Shown here piece after piece: positions 8,709 to 20,478 of a stretch of 64,000 nucleotides of DNA. The translations under genes and the position numbers were made by a program. Source of the DNA: an uncultured Holophagales bacterium (lineage in GTDB: Bacteria > Acidobacteriota > Thermoanaerobaculia > Multivoradales > UBA5704); the NCBI GenBank assembly GCA_963842525.1, contig CAWJGT010000014.1:1-64000 (forward strand). The letters are read 5' to 3'. Position 1 is the first letter of the stretch, and each line of letters starts with the position of its first letter. The notes under the pieces were generated by a model. It saw nothing but the letters and a program-made list of their open reading frames with translations. It did no database searches and was not told the origin of the DNA.

Positions 8709-9871
8709 CGGTTTCCACCGATCTCCCCCGCTCTCCAGACCTCGCCCAGCTTATATTCGTCGAGCCAGTGCCTCAGCTTGTCTGCCTCGAGCCGTCGAAG
8801 CCGGGTGCCATCCTTGCTTCGCTCGCAGACGACGACGGATTCCGGAATCTCCGTCAGAGCGGAGACCAGGGTTTCCGAATGCGTTGTGACGATGAGCTGT
8901 GTCCGCTGCGCTGCCTCGACCAGCAGTTCGGCAACTGTGGGCAGTATGTCCGGGTGGAGCCCAAGCTCCGGCTCCTCGATGCAGATCAGGGGAGGTGGCT
9001 CAGGGTGGCAGAGGATCGCCAGCAGGCACAGGTACTGAAGGGTACCATCCGAAAGACGCGACGAGGAAATCGTCCTGTCGCCTTTCTCATGAAGAACGAC
9101 CTGAATCGTTCCGCCCAGAACAGCGGTTTCGATATCCTCGACGTCATCATACAGAAGCTTGAGCTTTTCCAGGATCAATCTCTTGACAGGTGGCCGGTTC
9201 TTGAGCAGGTTGATGACGAGCGCCAGGTTGCCTGCGTCATCTGCCAGGAAGTCGTCGAGCAGCTCGGCTCGTTGGGGCATACGGAGGACGCTCTTCCTGC
9301 CGAAGCTTCTTTCGCGGAAAAACCGGATCTTCTCGAGCATGCCGCTCAGGAATGTCAGCTCCGGATAGACAAAGGGATCCCTGATTTGAGAGAGAATTGA
9401 CTCCTCGATGTTCACCTCGGCGACTCGAGTGTCGGAGAGTGTCTGAGCCGTCCTCAGAAGCACCTGCGACAGCGTCCGATCGAAGAAGAAAGAATCCTCT
9501 TCGTCACTCTTGAACAGATCTTCCTCGACCACTCGCAGCCGATACCGAGCTTCCGAAAACGAGAGCCTGTAGGTCAGCGGGACCGCACCCGCCTCAGAAA
9601 CGAAATCAAAAGAGGTATCAATTCCAGCCAGCGCTCCCTCCCCAGCCCCCTTCCACAACCAATCCTTCACTCCCTCGCCCTGGCGCATGGGCCTGGCCAG
9701 GTCTTTGGGCGCCGCCGCCAGCAGGCTGATCGCCTCGATCAGGTTCGATTTTCCCGAAGCATTGGGGCCGATGAGGACGTTCAGAGGCTCCAAGGCCAGA
9801 CTCTCTCCTGCGCTCCCGTACGAGAGCAGGTTGGTCAGTCGCAGAGAGTGAAGGAATCTCTTGCCCTGCAT
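8702..9871 (-). CDS. AAA_21-type (AbiEii-like) ATPase
   Basis: Walker A GPNASGKS, signature LSDGT, Walker B ICIEEPELGLHP, VTTHS; lower GC. Confidence 0.9.
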   Translation of the reverse strand: MQGKRFLHSLRLTNLLSYGSAGESLALEPLNVLIGPNASGKSNLIEAISLLAAAPKDLARPMRQGEGVKDWLWKGAGEGALAGIDTSFDFVSEAGAVPLTYRLSFSEARYRLRVVEEDLFKSDEEDSFFFDRTLSQVLLRTAQTLSDTRVAEVNIEESILSQIRDPFVYPELTFLSGMLEKIRFFRERSFGRKSVLRMPQRAELLDDFLADDAGNLALVINLLKNRPPVKRLILEKLKLLYDDVEDIETAVLGGTIQVVLHEKGDRTISSSRLSDGTLQYLCLLAILCHPEPPPLICIEEPELGLHPDILPTVAELLVEAAQRTQLIVTTHSETLVSALTEIPESVVVCERSKDGTRLRRLEADKLRHWLDEYKLGEVWRAGEIGGNRW

Positions 9872-9896
9872 TCCGCCCTCCTCCTCGCCGGCAATC

Positions 9897-10559
9897 CTAT
9901 CTCATACCTCTCTCCTTCCCCTGCCACCACCGCTCCCCCACCACATACAGGCTGTAGGTGATCGCCCAGGCTCCCACCACGTCGATCGTGTAGTGGAGAT
10001 GCGAGAGGAGCACGACGGCGACGATGACCCAGTGCCCGATGGCAGCCACGGTACCCAGCCTCTCCTTCTTGCGGCAGTAGAGCCAGAGGAGGAAGGTCGA
10101 GGAGACGTGGCCGGAGAAGAAGAGGTCCTTGGTCAGATAGATCTCCGGAGCGTTGCCGAAGAGGGCTGAGACGGGGTTGATCAACTGGAGCCAGGCGCGG
10201 AAGAGCGTCTCTCCATCCAGGCTGGCGTTGACGTCAGGTCCCCAGGCTGGGCCGAGGCCGGTCAGGGGGATGCAGAGGCCGCGGGCGAGGCTCACGATGC
10301 CTCCCAGCCAAAGGAAACGGAGAAAGGCCTGCCGGTCCCGGCGCCAGAGCCAGAGCGCCGCCGGGATGTAGCAGAGGACCCAGATCCAGTAGTTCCAGTC
10401 GGCGATCCAGGCCACGCGCGGGATGCTGTCGAGGATCAGGTCCGGCAGGGACGGCGCAGGCCTCCCCTCCGTCAGGAGCGAGAGGCCCAGCATCGCCGCG
10501 TGGCAGACGTAACGCCAGGCGACCGCCAGCGCGACCGAGTCCCAGGGTTTCCGGATCAC
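9897..10559 (-). CDS. PAP2-superfamily membrane protein (PAP2_C / sphingomyelin-synthase-like)
   Basis: DLFFSGH and HLHYTIDV motifs; multiple TM segments. Confidence 0.75.
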   Translation of the reverse strand: MIRKPWDSVALAVAWRYVCHAAMLGLSLLTEGRPAPSLPDLILDSIPRVAWIADWNYWIWVLCYIPAALWLWRRDRQAFLRFLWLGGIVSLARGLCIPLTGLGPAWGPDVNASLDGETLFRAWLQLINPVSALFGNAPEIYLTKDLFFSGHVSSTFLLWLYCRKKERLGTVAAIGHWVIVAVVLLSHLHYTIDVVGAWAITYSLYVVGERWWQGKERGMR

Positions 10560-11538
10560 TCGCGCAGCCGCTCCAGGACGGCGGTGAATTCGGCGGGCGG
10601 CGGATCCTCCAGCCTCAGGTTCTTGCCGGTGCGGGGATGCACGAACCCCAGCACCGCGGCGTGCAGCATCAGGCGCGGCGCCTCGATCCAGGGTCCGCGC
10701 CGGTCGCGGACGTAGACCATCTCGCCCACCAGGGGATGGCCTGCCTCGGCGAGGTGGATGCGGATCTGATGCGTGCGGCCGGTCTCGAGCTCGCAGGCGA
10801 CCAGGGTGGCTCCGCGGAGCCGCTCCTGGACGGCGACCCGCGTCACCGCGCGGCGGGCCTCCGGGGGCGGGTTGCCGCGGGCAGGACGGAAGACGCCCCA
10901 GGAGCCGCGCAGGCCATCTCCCCGGTCGGGGACCAGCAGGGTGTCGTGGACGGCGGGACCGGCGGGATTGGCCGCGCCGTGCACGACGGCCAGATAGCGC
11001 CGGAGCACGGAATGCTCGGTGAATTGCCGCTGCAGGTGCCGCTGGGCGTGGACGTTGCGGGCGAAGACCACCAGGCCGGAGGTCTCCTTGTCGAGCCGCT
11101 GCACCGTCCGCAGGCTGGGGTTCGGGTCGAGCCCCCGCTTCGCCTCCAGCCGGCGGATGGCTACCCGGGTGAGCGAAAGCAGCGTCTCGCGGCGCTGGTT
11201 TGGATCACCGTCCTCGAAGGGGACGGTGAGCAGGCCGGCCGGCTTGCGGACCACGACCAGATCGGCGTCGAGGTGGACGACCGCCTCGGCCGGCACCGGC
11301 TCGCGCCGCACGGGAGGGGCCTCAAGCCGCAGCTCCACCTGCTCGCCTCCGGACAGCCGGCGGGCCGGATCGGCGGCGACCGCGCCGTCGAGCCAGACCC
11401 GGCCGCTCCGGCAGGCTCCCGCGCCTTGCTCCACGAGGTGCCGGGGGCCAGGTCCCGGACCCGCGCGGCGAGCGTCTGGCCCGTCCGCTCCCCGGCCGCC
11501 GGGAGGCCGTCGTCGTCCGGTGTGCCAGGTCCGCTCAA
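10556..11538 (-). CDS. RluA-family pseudouridine synthase (frameshift ~11415)
   Basis: VVRKPAGLL, QRLDKETSG, ETGRTHQIR, LMLHA; N-terminal part in another frame. Confidence 0.9.
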
Positions 11539-11562
11539 TGGACAGCTATACTACCCGACCCC

Positions 11563-12913
11563 ATGAGCCGGACTGAACGCATGAGGCGGGAGCTGGCGGC
11601 GGCGGTGCGCCTGGCGGCGCCGGTGGTGGTCGTGCAGCTCGGGCTGATGCTGATGGGTGTCGTCGACACCATGATGCTCGGCCGTGTCTCGGCCGAGGCC
11701 CTGGCGGCGGGCGCTCTCGGTCACATCTGCACGATCTTCCTCCTCATCCTGGGGCTTGGGATCCTGGCGGCCCTCGATCCGCTGGTCGCCCAGGCCTATG
11801 GGGCCCAGGACCGCACGGCCGTGGGGGCCCACCTTCAGCGGGGGATCGTGCTGGCGGCCGGCATGTCCCTCCCGTTCGGGCTCCTCGTCTGGAACGTTGC
11901 CCCTGCCTTGCGCCTCATCGGCCAGCCCGCAGCAGTGGTCGGCGATGCCGCGGCCTATGCGCGAGGCATCCTCTGGGGAAGCTCCGGCCTACTTCCTCTT
12001 CGTGGCCTTTCGCCAGACGCTCCAGGCCATGAGCGTGGTCCGCCCGGCGGCCGCGGCCATCGTGCTCGGCAACGTCCTCAATGTGCTCGGTAATTACGTC
12101 CTGATCTTCGGCCACTTCGGCGCCCCCGCCCTGGGGGTGGCCGGCTCGGCCTACTCGACCTCGCTCGCTCGCTGGGCCATGTTCCTCGTCCTGCTCGCTG
12201 CCGGACGCCGTCAGCTCGCGCCGTACTGGCGGGGCTTCCACGCAGCCGAGGCCCTGGACCTCCGGCGCCATCTCGGGCTGCTGCGCCTCGGCCTGCCGAT
12301 CGGCGTCCACCAGTCGATCGAGGTCCTCTATTTCTCGACCCTGGCTCTGCTCGTGGGACGGATGGGGGTCGTGCAGCTCGCCGGTCACCAGATCGCGATC
12401 AACCTCGCGAGCCTGTCTTTCATGGTGCCGATGGGGATCGCCGGGGCCGCGGCCACCCGGGTGGGCAACGCCATCGGCCGGCAGGACATGCCGGGCGCGC
12501 GCCGCGCCGCCGCCGCCTGCCTTCTCCTCGGGGCCGGGGTGATGCTCGTCTTCGCCGTCCTCTATGCCTTGCTTCCGGAGCCTCTCGCCCGTCTCTACAC
12601 CCCGGACCCCGCCGTGATCGCGATGACCGCGCTCCTCCTGCCGATCGCCGCTGTCTTTCAGATCTGCGACGGCCTTCAGGTGGTGGCGGCAGGGATCCTC
12701 CGCGGCGCGGCGGACACGACCCTCCCCGCCGTGCTCGCCGTCGTGGGCTTCTGGGGCGTCGGCCTCCCCGCGGGCTGGTGGCTCGCCTACCAGGCCGGCC
12801 TGGGTGCCCAGGGCCTTTGGTGGGGGATGAACGTGGCCATTTTCGCCGTCGCGGCGTTCCTCCTGTTGCGGATCGCCAATAGGTTCCGCAACACGATCGC
12901 GCGCGTTACCTGA
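11563..12913 (+). CDS. MATE efflux transporter (frameshift ~11980)
   Basis: MGVVDTMMLGR, AGHQIAINLASLSFMVPMG, FQICDGLQVV. Confidence 0.9.
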
Positions 12914-13904
12914 ACAGGGGGTGCAGAACCAGGTAAGCCACGGCCGCCACGGCGGCGGAGATCGGGATGGTGATGATCCAGGCCCAGATGATGCGGCCGG
13001 CGACCCCCCACTTGACGGCCGAGAGGCGCTTCGTCGCTCCCACGCCGATGATGGCGCCGGTGATCGTGTGGGTCGTCGACACCGGAATGCCGCCCAGGGT
13101 CGCGCCGACCAGGGTGATGGCACCGGCGGTCTCGGCGCAGAAACCGCCGAAGGGCTGGAGCTTGGTGATGCGGGTGCCCATGGTCTTGACGATCCGCCAG
13201 CCGCCGAACATCGTCCCCAGCGCGATGGCCGCGTGGCTGATGAGCACCACCCAGAGCGGGACCCGGAACTCCTTGAGGTACCCCGAGGCGACCAGCAGGC
13301 CGGTGATGATGCCCATGGTCTTCTGCGCGTCGTTGCCGCCATGGCCCAGGCTGTAGAGGCCGGCCGAGACGAGCTGCAGCCGGCGGAACAGGCGGTCGAG
13401 CCGCGACGGGCGCCAGCGGCGGAAGATCCAGGTGACGGAGACCATCAGCAGGAATCCGAGGAAGGCGCCGATGAGCGGTGCGAGGACGATGAACAGCAGC
13501 GTCTTGATCCAGCCGGAGAAGATGATCGCACCCATCCCCGACTTGGCGACCGCCGCGCCGGCATAGCCGCCGATCAGCGCGTGCGAGGAGGAGACCGGCA
13601 GGCCGTAGTACCAGGTGACCAGGTTCCAGGTGATGGCGCCGAGCAGACCGGCGAGCACGACCTCCTGGGTGACCACCGAGAGGTCGATCATCCCCTTGCC
13701 GATGGTCTTCGCCACCGCGGTGCCGAGCACGAAAGCCGCGACGAAGTTGAAGAAGGCCGCCCACAGCACCGCCTTCTGCGGCGCCAGCACGCGGGTCGAG
13801 ACCACGGTCGCGATCGAGTTGGCCGCGTCGTGGAAGCCGTTGAGGAAATCGAAGATCAGCGCGACGAGGATGATGAGGATCAGGACGCCGGAACCGGGAG
13901 GCAT
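12906..13904 (-). CDS. PiT-family inorganic phosphate transporter
   Basis: NGFHDAANSIAT, GLPVSSSHALIGG, GHGGNDAQK, PVSTTH. Confidence 0.95.
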   Translation of the reverse strand: MPPGSGVLILIILVALIFDFLNGFHDAANSIATVVSTRVLAPQKAVLWAAFFNFVAAFVLGTAVAKTIGKGMIDLSVVTQEVVLAGLLGAITWNLVTWYYGLPVSSSHALIGGYAGAAVAKSGMGAIIFSGWIKTLLFIVLAPLIGAFLGFLLMVSVTWIFRRWRPSRLDRLFRRLQLVSAGLYSLGHGGNDAQKTMGIITGLLVASGYLKEFRVPLWVVLISHAAIALGTMFGGWRIVKTMGTRITKLQPFGGFCAETAGAITLVGATLGGIPVSTTHTITGAIIGVGATKRLSAVKWGVAGRIIWAWIITIPISAAVAAVAYLVLHPLFR

Positions 13905-13940
13905 GATCTGTCGGGATCTCTCGTGCCGTTCAGGAGCTTG

Positions 13941-14592
13941 TCAGGAATTCTTCACGAGCACGTTGCCGATAATGTGCGTGTAGTCCCGGCAGTGGTCGCA
14001 GGCCTCTTCCAGACCTTCATAGACCTCCTTCCACTTCAGGATCTCCAGCGGATCGCGGCCGTTGCCGCGGAACAGGTCGGCAATGACGGTGTTGTAGAGC
14101 GAGTCGGCCTGGTTCTCGAGGTCGGAGATCCGTACGATCCATTCGAGGATCTTCTTCTCGTTCGAACAGGTCCCAGACCAGACGCGTAAGCTGGTCGGTC
14201 CCCTCGGCCATCTCGGTGAGGATGCGGGCGAACTGCCGCAGGCCGTCGGGTGACTCGGAGAGCTCGAAGAGGACCAGGTTCTGGCCCGCGCTCTCGACCG
14301 CGTCGAGGATGTCGTCGAGGTCGGTCGCGATGGAGCGGATGTCCTCGCGGTCGAAGGGGGTGATGAAGGTGGAGTTGAGAGCGTCGAAGATCTGGCGGGT
14401 GATCTGGTCGCCCTCGTGCTCGAGCCCCTTGAGCTCCACGACCAGGACCCGGCGCTGCTCGAAGCTCTCCGTATGGGCGATCTTGGCGAACAGCCGTGTG
14501 GCCTCGACCAGGTTCTCGGTATCGTTGGCCAGGAGGTCGTGGAAACGCTCCTCCTTGGGCATGAACCACTTGATGATGGCGTCCGCTTTCAT
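13941..14592 (-). CDS. DUF47 / PhoU-like phosphate transport regulator (frameshift ~14165)
   Basis: LEHEGDQIT..LNSTFITPFDREDI; C-terminal VKNS*; upstream of PiT. Confidence 0.9.
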
Positions 14593-14733
14593 TGGGGTCC
14601 TCACCAGCGCGGCCGTCATCCGGATGTGACTCCAGGTGACGTTCCGGTGACGGCGCGGATCGTAGCACAGGCCATGGAGACGCAAGCCCCTTTCCTCCCC
14701 CATGCTAGGCTCTGCCCGGCCGCACATCTGCCG

Positions 14734-15117
14734 ATGAAAAAGAGCCTCTCCCTCCATCTCCTGCCAGGCCGCTTCGCGGTCTGCCGTCTGCCGCCGGACG
14801 CGCCGCTGCCCGAGGCCGGCTCGCCGGGCCTGTGGTCGGCGACCCGCACCGCGGACGAGCTTTCGCTCGTGGTGCCTGAAGAGGAGCGGCGGCCGGAGTG
14901 GCAGGCGGAGACGGGCTGGCGGTGCCTCCAGGTGGCCGGACCCCTCGACTTCGGGCTGACCGGCATCCTGGCCTCGCTCGCAACGCCCCTGGCGGAGGCA
15001 GGAGTGAGCCTCTTCGCGGTCTCGACCTATGACACGGACTACCTCCTCGTCCGCGGCGACCGGCTCGACCAGGCCCGGAAGGCGCTGGAGGGGGCCGGGC
15101 ACCGGGTAGACGCATGA
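14734..15117 (+). CDS. ACT-domain protein (CASTOR-like)
   Basis: TRTADELSLV, GWRCLQVAGPLDFGLTGILA, FAVSTYDTDYLLV. Confidence 0.85.
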   Translation: MKKSLSLHLLPGRFAVCRLPPDAPLPEAGSPGLWSATRTADELSLVVPEEERRPEWQAETGWRCLQVAGPLDFGLTGILASLATPLAEAGVSLFAVSTYDTDYLLVRGDRLDQARKALEGAGHRVDA

Positions 15118-15866
15118 GCTTCAAGGACCACTTCTCCGGCCACGCTGCCTCTTATGCCTCCTACCGGCCGGGCTATCCGCCCGAGCTTTTCAAGACCCTC
15201 GCCGGGCTCCCCCGGGAGCGGCGCCTCGCCTGGGATGCCGGCACGGGCAACGGCCAGGCGGCGGTCGGCCTGGCCGAGCATTTCGCGAAGGTGACCGCGA
15301 CCGACCCCAGCTCCCAGCAGCTCGAGCATGCGCTGCCCCACCCGCGGGTCGAGTACCGGATCGCCCCCGCGGAGGCCTCGGGCCTGGCCGACCGGTCGGT
15401 GGACCTGGTCGCGGCAGCCCAGGCCTTCCACTGGTTCGACTTCGACCGCTTCTTCGCCGAGGCTCGGCGGGTGCTGGCTCCCGGAGGGGCCGTCGCGCTC
15501 TGGACCTACAACCTCGCCCGGGTGGACCCCGAGATCGACCGCCAGACCGACCGGCTGGCGTATCAGGTCGTGACTTCGTACTGGCCCCCCGAGCGCAAGT
15601 GGGTGGACGAGGAGTACCAGACGATCCCGTTCCCCTTCGAGGAAGAAGAGATCCAGCCGATGCGGCATGAAGAGCGCTGGGACCTCGACCGGTTCCTCCG
15701 CTACGTGCGGACCTGGTCGGCCTACAAGCGCTTCGAGCGGGAGGCCGGGGCCGACCCGGCGGACGGGGCCCTCGACGGCCTCCGCGCTGCCTGGGGAGAA
15801 CCCTCGGAGGTGCGGGCGGTCACCTGGCCGATCTTCCTCCGGGCCGGCCGGCTGCAGGGTGGATGA
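15114..15866 (+). CDS. Class I SAM-dependent methyltransferase
   Basis: FKDHFS..YRPGYP, WDAGTGNGQ, AQAFHWFD. Confidence 0.9.
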   Translation: MSFKDHFSGHAASYASYRPGYPPELFKTLAGLPRERRLAWDAGTGNGQAAVGLAEHFAKVTATDPSSQQLEHALPHPRVEYRIAPAEASGLADRSVDLVAAAQAFHWFDFDRFFAEARRVLAPGGAVALWTYNLARVDPEIDRQTDRLAYQVVTSYWPPERKWVDEEYQTIPFPFEEEEIQPMRHEERWDLDRFLRYVRTWSAYKRFEREAGADPADGALDGLRAAWGEPSEVRAVTWPIFLRAGRLQGG

Positions 15867-15872
15867 CCTTAT

Positions 15873-16649
15873 ATGATCACCGCCCTGATCAGCCGCAAGG
15901 GCGGCGTGGGGAAGACCACCACGACCGTGAACCTGTCCGCGGCCCTCGCGGAGAAGGGTCACAGCGTCCTCCTGGTCGACCTGGACAGCCAGGCTTCGGC
16001 CTCCCTGTCGCTGGGTGTGAAGCGGGAGGATCTCGCGCCTTCCTCGGCCGACATCCTCCTCGGAGGCACGCCGGCCAAGCAGGTGATCCGTCCCACGGGC
16101 ATCGCCGGGCTGGACCTGATCACCGCCTCGGTCGATCTGATCGAAGCGGACGCCCACCTCGGCGTCTTCCGCGGCCGGGACCAGCGCCTGCGGTCCGCGC
16201 TGGAGCCGATCGTCCCGGCCTACGACTTCATCCTGCTCGACTGCCCTTCCTCCCTCTCGATCCTCCCGGCCAACGCCCTGGTGGCTGCCGACACCTTCAT
16301 CGTCCCCTCGACCCCGCACTACCTAGCCGTCGCGGGAGTCCGCAACCTGATCGCCGCCGCCGCGCGCCTGACCTGGGACGCCGGCTCGCGTCTCCGGCCG
16401 CTGGGCATCCTCCTGACCATGGTCGACTACCGCACCAAGGCCACCCGCCGCACCATCGACCAGATCCGCGCCGAGCACGGCCCCCTCGTCTTCGCCATCG
16501 AGGTGCGCATCAACACCCGCCTCGCCGAAGCCCCCGAAGCCGGCCAGACCATCTTCCAGTACGACCCTCGCGCCAAGGGCGCCGAGGCGTATCGGCTGCT
16601 GGCGGACGAGTACCTGCTGCGGTGCGCAGAGGCGGAGCGGCGGGGGTGA
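15873..16649 (+). CDS. ParA/Soj-family ATPase (orphan, no parB adjacent)
   Basis: KGGVGKTT, LVDLDSQ, DFILLDCP. Confidence 0.9.
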   Translation: MITALISRKGGVGKTTTTVNLSAALAEKGHSVLLVDLDSQASASLSLGVKREDLAPSSADILLGGTPAKQVIRPTGIAGLDLITASVDLIEADAHLGVFRGRDQRLRSALEPIVPAYDFILLDCPSSLSILPANALVAADTFIVPSTPHYLAVAGVRNLIAAAARLTWDAGSRLRPLGILLTMVDYRTKATRRTIDQIRAEHGPLVFAIEVRINTRLAEAPEAGQTIFQYDPRAKGAEAYRLLADEYLLRCAEAERRG

Positions 16650-16651
16650 GG

Positions 16652-16685
16652 AAGCCCCTCCCCCGCTCGCGCAAGGGAGGGGCTT
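16652..16685. terminator. Hairpin between convergent genes
   Basis: AAGCCCCTCCC / GGGAGGGGCTT 11-bp stem. Confidence 0.6.
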
Positions 16686-16698
16686 TGAGGCATCGGCG

Positions 16699-18528
16699 CT
16701 ACGTCCCCGTCGTGCCGAGGACGATCTCGACGCGGCGGTTCCTGGCGCGGCCGGCGTCGGTGGTGTTGGGGGCCATGGGGTTCTCCTGGCCGTGGGCGAA
16801 GACGCGGACGCGGCCTTCGGGGAAGTTGACTGAGGACTGGGCTTCGAGCCACTGCTTCACGGCGAAGGCGCGGGATTCCGAGAGATTCATGTTGCTCTGC
16901 GGGTTGCCCACGCTGTCCGTGTGGCCGTGCACCTCGACGACCGTGCCGCTCGCCACCAGGAGGTCCCGCAGGAGCTGGTCGAGCTCGCGCTGGGCCTCCG
17001 GTGTGAAATTCGCGCTGCCGCTCTCGAAGGTGATCTGCCAGGAACGGCGGCTGACCACGTTCCGCACCGGAGCGGATTGCGTGAAGGTCGGCTGCTCGGC
17101 CGCGGCCACGGTCGCGGACTGCGGCGCGGCGCGCTGGGCGATTCCCTGGACATAGGACGTGTCCAGGATCTGCGCCACCGACGGATAGCTCGGCACCAGG
17201 TCCGGATACTGGGCCTTCACGATGTCCCCGAACACCGTGTAGGTGGCGCCGAACAGGTTCGACGAGCCGGGCAGCAGGCCGTAGAGCATCATGTTGTCCG
17301 CCAGGTTGTTCACTGACGAGCCGCCGAGCTCCACCAGATTGCCCTCCTTGTCACGCTCCCGCACCACGTCGAAGTACTTCTGCCAGTAGTCGGCGTCGGC
17401 GCCCGACTCGTTGTAGACCTCGGCGCTGATCTGCGCCGCCTTGCGGAAGGCCTGCGGGTTGGTCTTGACCTGGTCGCTCCCCTCGAAGATCGCCTGGAGC
17501 ATCCCTTCGACGGTCTCGCGGTTGTCCTTCATCCACTTGTCGATGCCGATGATGGTGTTCGGCATCTGCGAGCTGTACTCCTTCGTGGAGACGATGGAGA
17601 CCAGGCCGCCCCGCTTCTGCGCGACAGTCACGTCGCCCGGCGTCCAGGTGACCACGCCGTTGACGCAGACCTTCTTGCGGTCGCCGGTGCGGCGGCCGTT
17701 CTCGACCACCGGCCGGGTTTCGCAATAGTTGGCGATGTACTTCTCGGCGGCGTCGATGTAGTCCGAGGCGGCCACCCAGTTCATGCAGTTGGGGTCCCAG
17801 GTGGTCTCGTCCGGGTTGTTGCACAGGCCGTTGTCGCCCAGCCACTTCTGGGCGATGTTCCAGTCGCCGTCGCGCAGCACGCCGGCCACCAGGCTGCCCT
17901 TGGAGGTGGCGGGGTTGGTCTTCCAATCGGGCAAGCCCATGAACTTGTCCTCGCCGCGCGAGTAGCCGGCCGAGCCGACGACCTTGGCCTGGTACTCCGG
18001 CCCCAGGCGCGCCAAGGTGTCGTTGAGCCCCTTCAGGAAGGTCGCCGCGCCGTCGCCCATGATGGCGACGTAGTGCGCCCCCTTGGAGGGGTTGGGGTCG
18101 CCGTTCTTGAGCGCGCTCGCGAAGGCGATCAGGTTCTCCTGCATCTTGCCGACGTCGTCCTGGCGGATGAGCTTGAGGTTGACGCCGTGCTCGCACATCA
18201 GGCTCCCTTCGGTCGCCTGCTTGCCGCCGGTGGCGAACATCATGCCCATCTGGGAGTTCCAGGCCCAGTGCAGGAAACGGACCTCGGGCTTGTCGGTGCA
18301 GCCCGCCCCCTCGCCCGGCATGTCCACCTTACGGACCGCGGCGTTCGAAACGCCCGACTGTTGCGGCATGTCGGGAAGGTCGGCGCTCTCCGGCACCACC
18401 GACTCCCGGCTCTTGGCCGCCGGCACGATCTTGTCCAGCAGGCCCGGCCAGAAGCGCCGGACGCTGAAGAAGGCGGCGACGAGCAACGCCAGAACGATGA
18501 TCAGCTTCCCAAACGGGGTGAGCTTCAT
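16699..18528 (-). CDS. Membrane-anchored substrate-binding-like protein fused to an OmpA C-terminal domain
   Basis: N-terminal TM; ITFESGSA, VHGHTDSVG, LSESRA, GRARNRRVEI; central GYSRGEDK region; in an ABC operon. Confidence 0.8.
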   Translation of the reverse strand: MKLTPFGKLIIVLALLVAAFFSVRRFWPGLLDKIVPAAKSRESVVPESADLPDMPQQSGVSNAAVRKVDMPGEGAGCTDKPEVRFLHWAWNSQMGMMFATGGKQATEGSLMCEHGVNLKLIRQDDVGKMQENLIAFASALKNGDPNPSKGAHYVAIMGDGAATFLKGLNDTLARLGPEYQAKVVGSAGYSRGEDKFMGLPDWKTNPATSKGSLVAGVLRDGDWNIAQKWLGDNGLCNNPDETTWDPNCMNWVAASDYIDAAEKYIANYCETRPVVENGRRTGDRKKVCVNGVVTWTPGDVTVAQKRGGLVSIVSTKEYSSQMPNTIIGIDKWMKDNRETVEGMLQAIFEGSDQVKTNPQAFRKAAQISAEVYNESGADADYWQKYFDVVRERDKEGNLVELGGSSVNNLADNMMLYGLLPGSSNLFGATYTVFGDIVKAQYPDLVPSYPSVAQILDTSYVQGIAQRAAPQSATVAAAEQPTFTQSAPVRNVVSRRSWQITFESGSANFTPEAQRELDQLLRDLLVASGTVVEVHGHTDSVGNPQSNMNLSESRAFAVKQWLEAQSSVNFPEGRVRVFAHGQENPMAPNTTDAGRARNRRVEIVLGTTGT

Positions 18529-18588
18529 TGCGGGATTCCTCCTGCGAAAATGTCTTGGGATGACGCTAGCAAGGTGGCTCGGCGCTCG

Positions 18589-19633
18589 TCAAGTCGAAGC
18601 CGGCCAGCGGTTTAGCTCGCCCATGTCGCCCATGAGCTGGTCCACCGAAGGCCGCAGGGACTCGACGAAGCGTTCCGTCTCCTCGATCTGTTCAACCACG
18701 CTGCCCATGTAGCTCGCGATCTCGGTCGCGCTGAACTGTGCCGCGCTGACCCGGCCGAGGATCACTTGAAATACGTCGGGGAAGGCACCGAGTTGCGCGA
18801 CTACGCACTGGTCGCGGTTCTGACAATCGACCAGCAGCTCACGCTGCTTCTCGAGGATGCCGATGTGCCACTCGCGGGTGCGCGCCGTGGCCGGCTCCTT
18901 TTCGGCCAGCTCGCGCAGCCGCTCGACCTTGGTCTCGATCTCGGCGAGCCGCTGGTCGACGTTCGGCGGCGGCGTTACCGGTCCTGGCTCCTGGGCCTCG
19001 GCAGTCCCGGGCTTCTTGACGTTCACCCGCTGCCAGCGGTTCGGCGCGAAGCCGGGCGGCGGCGGGGGAGGCGGCACCGCGGCCTGCTTGCCCGGGGCCG
19101 GGGCCGGCGCGTCCCCTCCTCCGGGGCGGATGTTCGAACAGGATCTGGAGATAGTTGATCCGGTCGCGCACGAACTGCAGGAAGGCGGACAGCATGTAGT
19201 CGAGCTGCTGCAGGATGCCGTCCTCGGTCATCGCCTCGACCTCGGAGCGCTCGCGGAGGATGCGGGCGACCCGCTCGCGGATCTCCACCAGCCGGCGGTA
19301 GACCTGCATGTAGTCCGGCACCTGGCCGCGGCGGACCCAGCCCGCGAGCGGCGGCTCCAGCAGCAGCGCCTCGACCTTCTGCACCATCGCCGCCCGCCCG
19401 GCCGCGGTCTGACGCTCCTTGGCCTGCTTCTCCTCGTCCAGGATCTGCTTGTGATAGCCCTTGTCGGTTGAGGCGAAGAGGACCCAGCCGGTCGAGCCGA
19501 GCCCCCAGAGGATCACCGGCAACGGGTTCCACAGCGCGGCCGAGGCGGCGAGCGCGACCGCCCCGGAGATCACGTTCCCCGGGGCCTTGGCCGCCCGCGC
19601 CATGCTCTTCTGCCAGAGGGTCTTAGGGTCCAA
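18589..19633 (-). CDS. Hypothetical membrane/coiled-coil protein (frameshift ~19135)
   Basis: N-terminal TM pair, Pro-rich linker, helical C-terminus; two ORFs join across one indel. Confidence 0.7.
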
Positions 19634-19645
19634 ATGCCTCTCTTG

Positions 19646-20476
<831 letters not shown>

Positions 20477-20478
20477 GG

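Noticed and set aside
15873-16649. Plasmid or chromosome partition locus
   Set aside because: Orphan ParA with no parB or parS recognisable nearby.
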